Source: Candidatus Woesearchaeota archaeon (GTDB taxonomy: Archaea > Nanobdellota > Nanobdellia > Woesearchaeales > JAZDKJ01). Taken from it: 64,000 nucleotides of DNA. How positions within the stretch are numbered: position 1 is the first letter of the stretch; every line of letters begins with the position of its first letter. Positions 16,196-26,672 of this stretch are shown here, piece by piece. The stretch spans positions 364,222 through 428,221 of the forward strand of contig JAZDKJ010000006.1 of the NCBI GenBank assembly GCA_043803105.1. Direction: 5' to 3'. The notes beneath the pieces are model-generated. The model was not told the origin of the DNA. It did not search any database and worked only from the letters and a program-made list of their open reading frames with translations. The position numbers and the translations under genes are program-made.

Positions 16196-19049
16196 TTCTT
16201 TGCTTGACCAGTTCTGATAACTCTTTCGGCCATTTTTCAATCTCAGATTTTTTCTTTCTTAAGAATTCAATAAATCCATCTTTAACTTCCCTTCCTTCTA
16301 TCATTTCTGCCAATTGTTCCTTCTCTGTTATTGAAAGCCCCTCGATGTTCCATGCTTGCATCTTAAGGCTGTCGATTTTGTCTTCTTTTTCTGCCTCAAG
16401 TTTTTCTTCCTGCTCTATCCAAAGCTCTTCATAGCTCTTGATTTTGTTCTCTGGCTGCTTCTTTCCCTGTTTCAAAGATATTTTTGCCAGTACCATCTCG
16501 TGCATTCTTTTCAGGAACTCCATCCTGTCCTCGATTTTCAACAGGTCTGTGTAGCCCTGCACTATGAGGTTGAAGGCGAACGGGCTTGGCACTGTTGTTG
16601 CGTATTGCTGGATCTTTATCTTGCCATCTTCGATTTGCTTTAGCACAATGCTTGCGCTTTTTTCGTCCATCAGGTCTTCAAGCACCTCTCTTCGTGCCTC
16701 TTCGAGTATCGGAAATCTTGGGTTTATCCTCCTTACAGCGCTTATAAGTATTGTGGATGATACTTGCTGTCTCCCCACCCTTTGCGTCCTTCCCTTATAT
16801 TGCCTTAGTATCATTAATGCCCTTGTTGCGCAGTGCCTAAACCTTCTTTTCAGTACCTCGCTCGTTTCTATTGCGTTTCTTAACACCAGGTCCAGCTTTT
16901 CTGATTTCAATAGCTCAAAGGCCTTCATCACATTGACCTTCTGATTGGTCATCAGGTAGAATCCATTGTCGTTGATTCCTACTGAAACATCCCTGTGGCT
17001 AACCCTTGATACTGCAAATCCTACCGCCCTTGATAGTGCGTCGTTTACCCTTCTCCCAAACAGGCTGTGCAGCAGGTAGTATGTTTGCTTGCCGTCGTTG
17101 TAGGTTTCCATGATTATTGACTTGTCTGTTGGTATTTCCAGGTACTCTGCCTGTTCTTTGAAATAATTGTATAATGCTTTCGCTGCTTTGCTGTCCACGT
17201 AAAGGTACTGGTTGATGAAGCCCATAACCTCTTCCTCGTTCTGCCTGGCTGAAAATTTCTCTTTGATTAATCTCCTGAATCTGCCTATTTCTAAAGCAAG
17301 GTCAAAGCTTAATGGCAGCATCTCTGAGAACCATGATGGTATTGTTGGCGGCCTATACACTGATGTTCTCACGTACGCAACCATGCCCTTTGCGTACAGG
17401 AACTCATATTTTTCCCCTCCCAAGACAAATACGTCTCCCTTTTTTAGCCTTTCAAGGAAAGCCTCGTCTATCTGTCCTATTGCCTGCTCACCTATCTTCA
17501 CTGTTATGTACATCTCGTCTGGTATCGTTCCTATGTTTGTCATGTAGATTACCCTGCCGAGCCTTCCTTTTTTCCCTATCATATTGCTTTCAGGGTCATA
17601 CCATATCTTTGCGTAGATGTGCCTGTCTTCGAGCGATGTGAACTTTCCCGCAAGGTATTGGAGTATATCGATGTAGTCCTTTCTTTGCAGGTCTTTGAAC
17701 GGGTAGCTCTGCTTGATTATTTTGAAAAGCTCGTCAACATTCCATTTCTGCTCTAAGGCAAAACCATCTATCTGCTGTGCAAGCACGTCAAGGCAGTTTG
17801 TTGGCAGGTGTATCTTGTCAATCTTTTTCTCTATTGCGCACTTTAGCAATACTGAGCATTCCACCAGGTCGTCCCTGTCAAGCACTATTATCCTTGCCTT
17901 GACCTTGTCGTGCAGTTTGTGTCCTGACCTTCCTGCTCTCTGAAGAAATCTTGCTACTGACTTTGGCGAGCCAAGGCAGATTACAAGGTCTATGTATCCT
18001 ATGTCTATGCCAAGCTCCAGGGAGGTGCTTGACACAATGACCTTGAGCTCTCCATTTCTTAGTCTGGTTTCTATGTCATGCCTGAGTGTTTTCGACAATG
18101 ACCCATGGTGCGCTCCTATGTTTGAGGTGTACTTTTGCGGCCACCTGTCCTTGAGATGGTCGATTACTCTCTCTGTTGCCGACCTTGTGTTTGTAAATAT
18201 GAGTGTTGTCCTATGGCTTTGCACCAGGTTGTCTATGAGCTCATACATTTTCTGGTGCATTACGCTGTGAGGCGTGCTTATCAGGTCTTCAACTGGTGAC
18301 ATTACTTTCAGGTCCATTTCCTTTAGGAATTGCACGTCTGCTATTTTGCAGTCTCTTGGTTTATCATCCTTGAAGCCTACCAGGAACAATGCAATCTCTT
18401 CTAATGGTGCGATTGTTGCGGAGAGGCCTATCCTTGTCATGTGCGGAGATAAGTAGTCAAGCCTTTCCAAAGACAATGATAAATGAACACCCCTCTTGTT
18501 CTCCGCTAACGCATGTATTTCGTCTACTACACACCACTCCACTGCCTTGAGGTGGTCCCTAAACTTAGGTGAGGTCAGCATGATGGCAAGGCTTTCAGGT
18601 GTTGTGATCAATATGTGCGGCGGCTTCCTTAGCATCTTTTGCTTTTCCGCTGTCGTTGTGTCTCCTGTCCTGACCCCTACTCTTATCCCAAGCTTTTTTC
18701 CTGCAGCCTCTTCCATTTCTTTCAAAGGTTCCACAAGGTTGTGCTGGATGTCGTTTCCGAGTGCCTTTAGCGGGCTCACGTAAACGCAGTAGATTTTATC
18801 CTGCAAAATTTCCTTTTGGGAGGAGTCTATTAGCTCGTTCAGAATCGATAGAAATGCTGTAAGTGTCTTTGTCGCTCCTGTCGGAGCGCTGACTAGGATG
18901 TTTGCCCTGGAGTGTATCTCCATCACCCCAAAGAGCTGCGGCAGTGAGAACTTCTCGAATTTCTTGAAGAACCATTCCTTAACGATTGGATTGAGGATTT
19001 GTTTCAGTTCTTCTTCAGTATTGGCTTTAACCTTATGCTCTATCATCAA
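16185..19049 (-). CDS. lhr: Lhr-like ATP-dependent helicase (large helicase-related protein)
   Basis: 954 aa with SF2 motifs (APTGATKT, VDEIH, SAT) and an Lhr-type C-terminal domain. Confidence 0.8.
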   Translation of the reverse strand: MMIEHKVKANTEEELKQILNPIVKEWFFKKFEKFSLPQLFGVMEIHSRANILVSAPTGATKTLTAFLSILNELIDSSQKEILQDKIYCVYVSPLKALGNDIQHNLVEPLKEMEEAAGKKLGIRVGVRTGDTTTAEKQKMLRKPPHILITTPESLAIMLTSPKFRDHLKAVEWCVVDEIHALAENKRGVHLSLSLERLDYLSPHMTRIGLSATIAPLEEIALFLVGFKDDKPRDCKIADVQFLKEMDLKVMSPVEDLISTPHSVMHQKMYELIDNLVQSHRTTLIFTNTRSATERVIDHLKDRWPQKYTSNIGAHHGSLSKTLRHDIETRLRNGELKVIVSSTSLELGIDIGYIDLVICLGSPKSVARFLQRAGRSGHKLHDKVKARIIVLDRDDLVECSVLLKCAIEKKIDKIHLPTNCLDVLAQQIDGFALEQKWNVDELFKIIKQSYPFKDLQRKDYIDILQYLAGKFTSLEDRHIYAKIWYDPESNMIGKKGRLGRVIYMTNIGTIPDEMYITVKIGEQAIGQIDEAFLERLKKGDVFVLGGEKYEFLYAKGMVAYVRTSVYRPPTIPSWFSEMLPLSFDLALEIGRFRRLIKEKFSARQNEEEVMGFINQYLYVDSKAAKALYNYFKEQAEYLEIPTDKSIIMETYNDGKQTYYLLHSLFGRRVNDALSRAVGFAVSRVSHRDVSVGINDNGFYLMTNQKVNVMKAFELLKSEKLDLVLRNAIETSEVLKRRFRHCATRALMILRQYKGRTQRVGRQQVSSTILISAVRRINPRFPILEEARREVLEDLMDEKSASIVLKQIEDGKIKIQQYATTVPSPFAFNLIVQGYTDLLKIEDRMEFLKRMHEMVLAKISLKQGKKQPENKIKSYEELWIEQEEKLEAEKEDKIDSLKMQAWNIEGLSITEKEQLAEMIEGREVKDGFIEFLRKKKSEIEKWPKELSELVKQRINH

Positions 19050-19158
19050 ATACTCAAGAAATTCTGTTGTTTAAAAAGGTTGGTTTCAATTGGTAATCCA
19101 CAAACTGACTCAAAGTTATGAAAACTTATATATACTGATCATTTGATATAACAAAACC

Positions 19159-19410
19159 ATGAAGAAGGCAATAATCATTTCAATAATGCTGTTGGTAATG
19201 CTGGTTGCCGGATGCAAAGAAAAAACATTAGAAACTGGACCTGAAACACCTTGCACAACTGACAATGACTGCTGGTGTAGGTCTTATACCGGCCTAGGTT
19301 TTATAGCAGGGAAGGGTCCAAGCAGATGTTGCACAGAAGAACTACAAGAAAATATGAACCAAAAAATCTGTCCTGCTGTCAACAAATGCAAGCGATGTTT
19401 ATATCAATAA
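19159..19410 (+). CDS. small cysteine-rich lipoprotein or secreted protein
   Basis: MKKAIIISIMLLVMLVAGC lipobox, and 9 Cys in 83 aa. Confidence 0.45.
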   Translation: MKKAIIISIMLLVMLVAGCKEKTLETGPETPCTTDNDCWCRSYTGLGFIAGKGPSRCCTEELQENMNQKICPAVNKCKRCLYQ

Positions 19411-19429
19411 TGCTCCTTGGCATCACTTT

Positions 19430-20392
19430 TCACACCAACTCACTTTGCAGTATATTTAACAGATACCCAGTAAAGATTATTGCCAGAGTTGTTATTCCAA
19501 AAAATATTCCTATCAATTTTAGATTCATAGCCCTTCTAAGCATGATTGCTTCAGGCAGGCTTAAGGCAGCTACCGCCATCATGAAAGCCAATGCAGTCCC
19601 CAAAGGGATTCCTTTTTGGAAGAGCACCACTGCAATCGGGACGATTGCTGCACAGCTGCCATACATTGGAACTCCTATCAACGTGGCTATTGGTACTGAA
19701 AAAATGCCTCCCTTGCTTATCAATCCTTGAATCAATTCAGAAGGCACATAGTTGTGGATTGCCGCTCCGACCCCTACTCCAACCAGCACCCATATCCATA
19801 ATTTCTTGGCAATTGATACGGATTCATTGAACCCGAATTGCACTCTTTTTTTGATAGAATCATAATTAATTTCTTTGATATGTTTAGAGTTTGTAGATAT
19901 AAGATCTTTAACAAGATGTTTGTCCAATTTCATGCCGCCAAGTATTAATCCGGATACAACTCCTATCAGAATGCCGCTTAATACATATGCCATAGTGATT
20001 TTCCATCCAAAGAACCCGAGCATTAGGACTACCAAATATTCGTTTATCAGTGGGGAAGTTATTAAGAAGGAAAAAGTCACTCCTAAAGGGATTCCTGCCT
20101 CAAGAAAACTTATGAAAATGGGAATTGAAGAGCATGAACAGAAAGGTGTTATAGCCCCAAACAATGAAGCCAGTACGTTTCCGATGCCTTTTTTCTTTCC
20201 GCTTAGCCATTGCTTGACTTTATTTTGGGGAATGTATGTTCTGATGAAGCCTATTGCAAGGATCATGAAGAACAGAAGGAAGAGTATTTTGATAGAATCA
20301 TAAACAAAATAATTAATGGATTGGATCAGCCTTGAAGAAGAATCAAGTCCTAAAAGGTTGTACAGGATCCAATCAACAATCACTTGCAGCAT
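19430..20392 (-). CDS. arsP: organoarsenical efflux permease ArsP (COG0701 permease)
   Basis: Conserved TPFCSCS motif ([14 protein letters not shown]), eight TM helices, next to an ArsR. Confidence 0.7.
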   Translation of the reverse strand: MLQVIVDWILYNLLGLDSSSRLIQSINYFVYDSIKILFLLFFMILAIGFIRTYIPQNKVKQWLSGKKKGIGNVLASLFGAITPFCSCSSIPIFISFLEAGIPLGVTFSFLITSPLINEYLVVLMLGFFGWKITMAYVLSGILIGVVSGLILGGMKLDKHLVKDLISTNSKHIKEINYDSIKKRVQFGFNESVSIAKKLWIWVLVGVGVGAAIHNYVPSELIQGLISKGGIFSVPIATLIGVPMYGSCAAIVPIAVVLFQKGIPLGTALAFMMAVAALSLPEAIMLRRAMNLKLIGIFFGITTLAIIFTGYLLNILQSELV

Positions 20393-20493
20393 GAGTCATC
20401 GCAGCAGCATTTTTTCTCTTTGGATTTCTTTTTGAGTTTCTTGTCCATTTTATCAATAATTTTTCCAATAAAATTCTTCTTCTTTTCGGTCAT
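20380..20493 (-). CDS. small Lys-rich peptide with C-terminal CCCDDSCC, translationally coupled to arsP
   Basis: [37 protein letters not shown] (37 aa). Overlaps the arsP start by 13 nt. Not in the ORF track. Confidence 0.4.
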   Translation of the reverse strand: MTEKKKNFIGKIIDKMDKKLKKKSKEKKCCCDDSCCK

Positions 20494-20502
20494 GTTTATC
20501 AC

Positions 20503-20838
20503 CTAGCATACAGTTTTCGTGGTTTTATTCTTGCCAATTCCCAGCAATTTGCAGATAGAGTATACCCTCTTGTCCTTAATTGAGTAGAAAATATTCCTGC
20601 CTTTTCTTCTGGATTTCAGGATATTTTCTTTTTCCAGGTCATTCAAGTGTGTTGAGACTGTTGATTGCGCTCTCCCTGTAACCGAAATAAACTCGCATGA
20701 GCACACTTCGCCCTTAAGGAGATGCCTTATTATCTTGAGTTTTGTCTCATCACCCAAGATTCTCAAGAATACAGCACTTTCCTTTAGCATAAATATCGAT
20801 AAATGTAGATATATAAATAATTTTCGGATGGACAGCAC
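20503..20838 (-). CDS. arsR: ArsR/SmtB-family metal-sensing transcriptional regulator
   Basis: LRILGDETKLKIIRHLLKGEVCSCEF...QSTVSTHL, with a CxC metal site in helix α3. The true start may be the internal Met at 20790. Confidence 0.75.
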   Translation of the reverse strand: MLSIRKLFIYLHLSIFMLKESAVFLRILGDETKLKIIRHLLKGEVCSCEFISVTGRAQSTVSTHLNDLEKENILKSRRKGRNIFYSIKDKRVYSICKLLGIGKNKTTKTVC

Positions 20839-20939
20839 TTATGTTCCCTCTCAGGTTCCTTTTATAAACTGAAGTCGCCCCGAATGTAAGAACGGACAGA
20901 ACAATAATCTTTATATATCACTTTAGAGTTACTATTGGA

Positions 20940-21191
20940 ATGCAGCACCAAGTTAACGTGTTTTATGATCCGAAAACAATGGATATAGGTTTGTTGCAGA
21001 AGTTTTACTCAGCGTACGGTCTCGCTTCCCCGTCAGAAGACGCGTTAAGATTTCCTCTGTTTCGCCGCAACGGCGATGGATTGGAAACAGCCCTGGCAAA
21101 ATATGAGTTCTTGACAAAGGCTCAAGCTATGGAATTGATAAGTGCTGTTAGTGATTTCAAGAATATCCAAACAGAGATGTCTGACCTTTAG
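20940..21191 (+). CDS. hypothetical protein
   Basis: 83-aa ORF with no recognisable motif. Confidence 0.3.
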   Translation: MQHQVNVFYDPKTMDIGLLQKFYSAYGLASPSEDALRFPLFRRNGDGLETALAKYEFLTKAQAMELISAVSDFKNIQTEMSDL

Positions 21192-21272
21192 TGCTTCACC
21201 TAATTTTATATTGTAATTCTTCACCAATTTCTCATATAACTGTCTCTTGTATGAGCTTTATAGAATTCCAAC

Positions 21273-21818
21273 TTATTTCTTCCTTACCTTTTCCGGATTC
21301 AACTTCTTGTATCCCATCCATATAAGTATTGCCAGAGTCAAGCCTAAAATTATGACCCTGAGATAGTTTGAGGCATTGCTCCAGTACCTTATGATGCCAT
21401 ATATTATTGATATTACTCCTCCACCCATCAGCCCTGAGGAAACGCTCTCAAGCTTGAGGATAAATCCTCCTAAGGCCACTGCTATTAACCCTAATATTGT
21501 TGCTGCAATGAATACATTTTTTGTATAGCCTTTGTCTGCATCCTCGTATTGTTTTTGACATTTTGAATACATGTCGCAAAAACCCTGTGGGCACTCAATT
21601 ACTCCAGGTTCGCACTTCTGCTTACTTGGATATGGGTTCCAAACCCCTCCTGTTGCATTGCAGGCTGCCTCAGTCATTGTTGGTGGTGTTGCAACATTCT
21701 TGCAATAGTCATTATATTCTGGTCCTGGTTTGACAGCATGAATTGAGAATCCTACGAAAAGCGCAAGCACGATCGCTATCGCGACCCCAAGGATTGTTTG
21801 CTTGACTTTGGATACCAT
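21273..21818 (-). CDS. membrane protein with Cys-rich ectodomain, hypothetical
   Basis: N-terminal TM, 8 Cys in the middle domain, and two C-terminal TM helices. Confidence 0.45.
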   Translation of the reverse strand: MVSKVKQTILGVAIAIVLALFVGFSIHAVKPGPEYNDYCKNVATPPTMTEAACNATGGVWNPYPSKQKCEPGVIECPQGFCDMYSKCQKQYEDADKGYTKNVFIAATILGLIAVALGGFILKLESVSSGLMGGGVISIIYGIIRYWSNASNYLRVIILGLTLAILIWMGYKKLNPEKVRKK

Positions 21819-21907
21819 ACATCTGCCTAAGGTTGCCTATTATTTAAATTTATTGATTTGAGGCAGTTATGTAGGTAATCAAAGAATCTTGTTTCCATGA
21901 ATTGCCC

Positions 21908-22654
21908 CTACCTTTTAGTCCTGTAAAAACATGCGTGGTCAAAATCCCCTGGCACGATCTTTGCTGTATGGTCAGTAGCCACTTGAAGAAAAAACATCTT
22001 CCTGAATGCGTCTGAATGACTGCCTTTTTCATTGTGTCTGCCGATTCTGACAGACCATTCCTGTTTGTTATCTTCATATTTGTGGTACAGCTGGTCAAGT
22101 TTTTCCATATAATGCAAGAATACTTGCTTAATCTCTTGACCGTTTTTGAAAGCCTTGAAGTCTTCTCTTGGGCGTATATCCCTTACCAGGTAGCGTCCTC
22201 CTTCAGTAAGGTTGGGCATGATCATAAAGGTTCCGTGAGTGCTCGGGTACCATTGGGCTTTACCCTCTTTGTTCTTTAAGCACCCAGAAATTGCGGGTAT
22301 ATCAAACCCAAATTCTTGATATAGGAAGGTCATCATATCGTGCTGCTTTGGCGTATAGTTCGGCGACAAGTGCATCACATAATATTTCTTGAACTTGAAA
22401 TGGTTGGCCGCTTTCGCCACCCAGCGATCATCAAGCTTGATAACCAACTGTCCCTCACCGCGATTTAAGTATCGCCTTGAGTCAGTGCGGAGGTAGAACT
22501 CATCGCTTAGAAAGTCTTCAATGAGGTCAGTTGTGTCGCACCCGCATGCCGCGCACCATTCTGCATGAAACTTTCTTCTGGCAGCAACTATTTCTTCAGT
22601 CCTGTTCTGCGCTATTATCTCTTCGAGTTTTCCTATTTGTTCTGTAAAGGGCAT
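21908..22654 (-). CDS. hypothetical protein (248 aa)
   Basis: Long ORF with a CAACGC motif. I do not recognise the family. Confidence 0.4.
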   Translation of the reverse strand: MPFTEQIGKLEEIIAQNRTEEIVAARRKFHAEWCAACGCDTTDLIEDFLSDEFYLRTDSRRYLNRGEGQLVIKLDDRWVAKAANHFKFKKYYVMHLSPNYTPKQHDMMTFLYQEFGFDIPAISGCLKNKEGKAQWYPSTHGTFMIMPNLTEGGRYLVRDIRPREDFKAFKNGQEIKQVFLHYMEKLDQLYHKYEDNKQEWSVRIGRHNEKGSHSDAFRKMFFLQVATDHTAKIVPGDFDHACFYRTKR

Positions 22655-22736
22655 TAGTAGGTGCAGTTGCTTCTGGATTCTTAAGATTAATGGCTGCTAG
22701 CGCCTCACTCCTGATCCATCTGAAAGGATTAAATAC

Positions 22737-23132
22737 TTGGAAAACAATCTGTGCCCTGTGAAACCATTCATTATCATCTTACTGATTATATTCTTGCCCA
22801 TTCTGGCCTGCTCTCAACAGCAAGGCATCATTCAAGGTAAGGTTAGCATCGGCCCTTTGTGCCCTGTTGAGAGAAATCCTCCTGACCCAAATTGTCAGCC
22901 TACTCTTGAGACCTTTCGCAATTGGCCTATTGGGGTTTATTCAGAAAACACAAAGGTAGGTGATATCATGCCTGATTCAAGCGGTACATACACTCTTGAT
23001 TTGAACCCTGGTGTCTACACAGTCAAGCTTGAGCTAAACCAGGGCATAGGTCGCAACCTGCCGATGGAAATTGTTGTGAAATCTGGCGAGACAACATCCC
23101 TTGATGTGAATATCGATACTGGCATCAGATGA
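22737..23132 (+). CDS. secreted protein with a carboxypeptidase-regulatory-like beta-sandwich domain
   Basis: Signal peptide, then GVYTVKLELNQG...VVKSGETTSLDVNI. Confidence 0.4.
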   Translation: MENNLCPVKPFIIILLIIFLPILACSQQQGIIQGKVSIGPLCPVERNPPDPNCQPTLETFRNWPIGVYSENTKVGDIMPDSSGTYTLDLNPGVYTVKLELNQGIGRNLPMEIVVKSGETTSLDVNIDTGIR

Positions 23133-23193
23133 ATTTACACTATTTCTTTTCCATATGGAAAACTATTTAAATGCCCGACCCTGACCAAACCAC

Positions 23194-23511
23194 ATGCCCC
23201 GAGGTCGTCCTGTTTATAGTGAAGTCCGCCAGAACATGGTTGAGATTCTTGCAGCCCTAAAAAAAGGGTGCGGTTATGACATCTATAGAGTGTACCGCAA
23301 TATCTATCCCAAGATTACTCTGCGCCTTGTTTACTACCATTTGAAGAAGGGCGTTGTTCTGGGTGAGTTCAAGGTCCACACTGTTGTATCTGAAAAGGGT
23401 GATTACAGCTGGGGTCCAGAAGCTCAGAAGATTTATTATTCGCTTGGGGAAAAAGCCACTCCTAAAGGAGATCCCAGAGTGACCAAATATATAGACAGAA
23501 AAACAAAGTAA
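23194..23511 (+). CDS. hypothetical protein
   Basis: 105-aa ORF. Confidence 0.3.
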   Translation: MPRGRPVYSEVRQNMVEILAALKKGCGYDIYRVYRNIYPKITLRLVYYHLKKGVVLGEFKVHTVVSEKGDYSWGPEAQKIYYSLGEKATPKGDPRVTKYIDRKTK

Positions 23512-23778
23512 CTATCTTTTCTTTGCGCTTAAAGAGGTTAGCTTATGCACAACCTGTTTCAGGCTCTCTATGTCCTTTCTCACTTCAACCAAGTCAAAGA
23601 ACTTGATGTATTTCAGGTAAGGAAGGAGCATTAAGACAAAGATTAAGCTGACCATGAAGAATGCGAACTTGTCTGTCTTCAGTGGCATAACATCAAATAC
23701 GTGAAGGATCATCAGAACATAAAGCGTGAAAACGAGCAAGATAAACGGCAGCGGGTTCTTGGCTATCTTGTCTTCCAT
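23512..23778 (-). CDS. small membrane protein
   Basis: 88 aa with two TM helices. Confidence 0.4.
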   Translation of the reverse strand: MEDKIAKNPLPFILLVFTLYVLMILHVFDVMPLKTDKFAFFMVSLIFVLMLLPYLKYIKFFDLVEVRKDIESLKQVVHKLTSLSAKKR

Positions 23779-23813
23779 GGTATTGCCCCCTCTTTGGAAC
23801 TTTATAATTGTTT

Positions 23814-24050
23814 CTATTTGTGCATCCCTTCAATCATTTTCTTCTCAAGAAATCTTGACATGTTGATGTTCTTCTCTGTGCAATACGCCTTGAACCTTCT
23901 AAGTACATTCTCGTCAATCGTTATATTGAGCCTCTTCCTCCTGTAAAGTTTTGGAAGTTTTTTGGTTCTCTCATACTCCAGGAGACTCTCAAATACTTCG
24001 GGATATTTGCGTATTATTTCCAGTCCTTTTGCTACTTCCCGTTTTCCCAT
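23814..24050 (-). CDS. ribbon-helix-helix (CopG-like) DNA-binding protein
   Basis: LNITIDENVLRRFKAYCTEKNINMSRFLE, an RHH motif. Confidence 0.5.
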   Translation of the reverse strand: MGKREVAKGLEIIRKYPEVFESLLEYERTKKLPKLYRRKRLNITIDENVLRRFKAYCTEKNINMSRFLEKKMIEGMHK

Positions 24051-24106
24051 TTGACTGTTGGCTTCATACGTACATATACGTATAAATATTTAAGCCTTAT
24101 GATTTA

Positions 24107-24790
24107 TTATTTAATCCGCTTAAAGAACCCAAAGAGCGCAAAAGCCTCTCTTTTGGTTAGGAAGCTCTTATTAAGAATTCGTTTCCATACCTTTCTCTGT
24201 GTTTCCTTTTTTTCTTTTGTAGGGAATTTCATCTTGCCGAGCACCTTGTCCACAAGCTTTAGCAGCAAGTCCTTTTCTTTCTTTGTTGCCAGCACAAATT
24301 TTTCTTCAGTCTGCTTTTCTGATTCCGCCCTTCTTAGTTCATAAAGCAATATTGCCACTGCGTGGCTTATGTTTAGTGTCGGATGCTTAGAGGCAGTTGG
24401 TATGTGCACAATGAAATCACAGTCCTGCACTTCTTTGTTTGTCAGCCCTATTCCTTCTCTCCCGAACAGTAGCGCAATCCTTGTCTTGCGCGGAATTACG
24501 CTTGCGAGTTGTCTCGGTGTTATCGGGCTCCTTGGAAGGTTGTAGTCAGTACCCAATCGTGCAGTTGTTCCAATGATATAGTCATATTCCTTCAGAAGTC
24601 TCTTTTTCCCAATAATTGCGTTAGCCAATATCCTGTTTCCGAACTTTGAGCGCGCAATCGCCTCAGAACTTTTGATGTCGCACTTTGGGTCAATCAGAAC
24701 AAGTCTTCCATATCTAAAATTGTGTAAAACCCTTGCTATCGCTCCAACATTGCCTGCGTTCTCCGGCTGCATAAGCACAATGTCTATCAT
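24107..24790 (-). CDS. SpoU/TrmH-class RNA 2'-O-methyltransferase
   Basis: MIDIVLMQPENAGNVGAIARV and IGTTAR motifs. I trimmed the start to the Met at 24790. Confidence 0.7.
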   Translation of the reverse strand: MIDIVLMQPENAGNVGAIARVLHNFRYGRLVLIDPKCDIKSSEAIARSKFGNRILANAIIGKKRLLKEYDYIIGTTARLGTDYNLPRSPITPRQLASVIPRKTRIALLFGREGIGLTNKEVQDCDFIVHIPTASKHPTLNISHAVAILLYELRRAESEKQTEEKFVLATKKEKDLLLKLVDKVLGKMKFPTKEKKETQRKVWKRILNKSFLTKREAFALFGFFKRIK

Positions 24791-24828
24791 GCTAACAATG
24801 GATTGTATGGCGAATTTAAAGCTTTTTG

Positions 24829-26013
24829 TTATCTTGTGAATCCAAAGAAGACATTGACTAAGATAAGCGTAATGAAAAATGCGCTGATAAGCATCCAATA
24901 GAATCTTGCCTTTTTCTGGTCGAAGTATTTCTCAAGGGTTGTGAGCATCATTCTGCCTCCATCCACCGGTCCTAAAGGCAGCAGGTTGAACAGCCCTATT
25001 CCAACACTTAGAAGGTAAAGCCAATAAAGTAATCCTAGCAACCAGACTATTGCCTCAGGTAGGAACCCCCCTATAGAGTTCTGCACTCCTGGCTTCAGTA
25101 TGCTGTTCTGTCGGACGAATATCCCGAGGTATGGGGCGCTAAGGTTTGATGGGTTTGCTGCCAAGATCATATCATATCCTGTTTTATTGGTTGTGATATG
25201 CAGGTTCTCACCAGGTGTTTTCATCTTGAGTGCCTGCACAAAGCTTTCAATATCTGTGATGGAGTTATTATCAAGTCCTGTAACTATCTCCCCTGGCTTT
25301 ATCCCTGATGTCTCTGCAGGGAATTTGGCTGTTGAGTTGATGAAGCCAGTTACCTGAACCCCGTTGTATTGGTATAATGCCCCAGTTATCGGACCGGCAA
25401 ACGCGAAAAGCAGCAACAGCGCAATTGCCCCTAGTATAATGTTCGAAAATGGGCCTGCTGCAAAGACCGATAGTTGCTGCTTGACTTTTCTTTTTGACAC
25501 CTCTTTTTCATCTGGCTCAACAAAGGCCGCTGGTAGTATAGGAATAATAATTCCGAGAAATGCGATTCCGCTGGATTTTATCTTCATCTTGTATGCCCTG
25601 GCGATTAGCCCATGTGAGAATTCGTGCACTGCTGCGATGATCATGATTGAGATAATCCAGTAAAAGAACGGCACATAAAATGTTCCCGGTACCTTTACAG
25701 GAAGCACGAGCTGTACCCCAGGCAATGCGGTTGGGTTGGTCAGAAGTTTTACCAGGTTTTGCACCAGCGCAAACGCTATAAGTGCCATCCCAAGAAAACC
25801 GATAAAAATGCCTGCTGTTGCAAGCCATTTCAGCAGTTTTGGCAACCTGGATGCCCAGCTGTCCATTGCTTTTAAGCCTACTTTGGAACGGTACATCAGC
25901 ACGTACAGCACTGGGAAGAAGATTTTCTGCAACCTTAGCCTGTCTCTCCTTGCGTACAAGAAAACTCCCAAAAGAACAACAAAGAGAATGGCACTTGTTG
26001 TCTGGAAATCCAT
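24829..26013 (-). CDS. site-2 protease (M50 family zinc metalloprotease) with PDZ domain
   Basis: HEFSHGLIA (an HExxH motif) within a membrane domain, plus a PDZ-like region. Confidence 0.8.
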   Translation of the reverse strand: MDFQTTSAILFVVLLGVFLYARRDRLRLQKIFFPVLYVLMYRSKVGLKAMDSWASRLPKLLKWLATAGIFIGFLGMALIAFALVQNLVKLLTNPTALPGVQLVLPVKVPGTFYVPFFYWIISIMIIAAVHEFSHGLIARAYKMKIKSSGIAFLGIIIPILPAAFVEPDEKEVSKRKVKQQLSVFAAGPFSNIILGAIALLLLFAFAGPITGALYQYNGVQVTGFINSTAKFPAETSGIKPGEIVTGLDNNSITDIESFVQALKMKTPGENLHITTNKTGYDMILAANPSNLSAPYLGIFVRQNSILKPGVQNSIGGFLPEAIVWLLGLLYWLYLLSVGIGLFNLLPLGPVDGGRMMLTTLEKYFDQKKARFYWMLISAFFITLILVNVFFGFTR

Positions 26014-26015
26014 TT

Positions 26016-26177
26016 TTACTTCTTTCTAACAGGCCTAAGTGCTTTGCTCCCGCACTTTCTGCAGCTGATCCTTTTTTGGATCACTGCCATTGAAGGTGCT
26101 TTCACAACAGTCTTGCACTTTCTGCAGACAAAATGATTTTTGAACATTCGCGCTTCTGCTTCTGGGAATTTAACCAT
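26016..26177 (-). CDS. rpl40e: ribosomal protein L40e
   Basis: MVKFPEAEARMFKNHFVCRKC...ISCRKCGSKALRPVRKK (53 aa). Not in the ORF track. Sits 2 nt upstream of the S2P protease. Confidence 0.75.
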   Translation of the reverse strand: MVKFPEAEARMFKNHFVCRKCKTVVKAPSMAVIQKRISCRKCGSKALRPVRKK

Positions 26178-26186
26178 TTCTCACAC

Positions 26187-26588
26187 CTAATCAGGTTTAA
26201 TCTGTTTCATTATCTTGTCATTCAGCACTACCCAATACAAGATAATTTTTCCTTCCTTTAATTCTGCTTTCAATTCATCTGGAATCTTTAGGTCAAAGGT
26301 CTCGTATGTCTGGCTGTCCATCACGTTTGCCATTTCTCCGGTTATTGATAGCACTTGTGCGTCTCTTTTCTCGATTATGGGGACTTCCACAGTGTCGTGT
26401 CCTGGCATGACCACTTCCCTTTTCTTGTCATCGATCATGCCTATGCCCACAATCCTGACCTTTGCGTGTCCGTGCTTTCCAGGTCTTGATATTTGTAGGT
26501 CACTTACAACGCAAGCTGCTCCGTCCATTACTAGGTAGCTTCCTTTCTTGAGGGTACCTGCACTTGCGTTTTTTGTCTCTCCCATCAA
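26187..26588 (-). CDS. eif5a: translation initiation factor 5A (aIF-5A)
   Basis: Hypusine loop SRPGKHGHAK. Confidence 0.9.
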   Translation of the reverse strand: MMGETKNASAGTLKKGSYLVMDGAACVVSDLQISRPGKHGHAKVRIVGIGMIDDKKREVVMPGHDTVEVPIIEKRDAQVLSITGEMANVMDSQTYETFDLKIPDELKAELKEGKIILYWVVLNDKIMKQIKPD

Positions 26589-26672
26589 ATCACCGTGATT
26601 ATCAGAGACTATAGGCTATTTATAAAGGTTATGGTGGCATGCTGCCTTAGACAATTAGTTTTTTAAGGCGCA

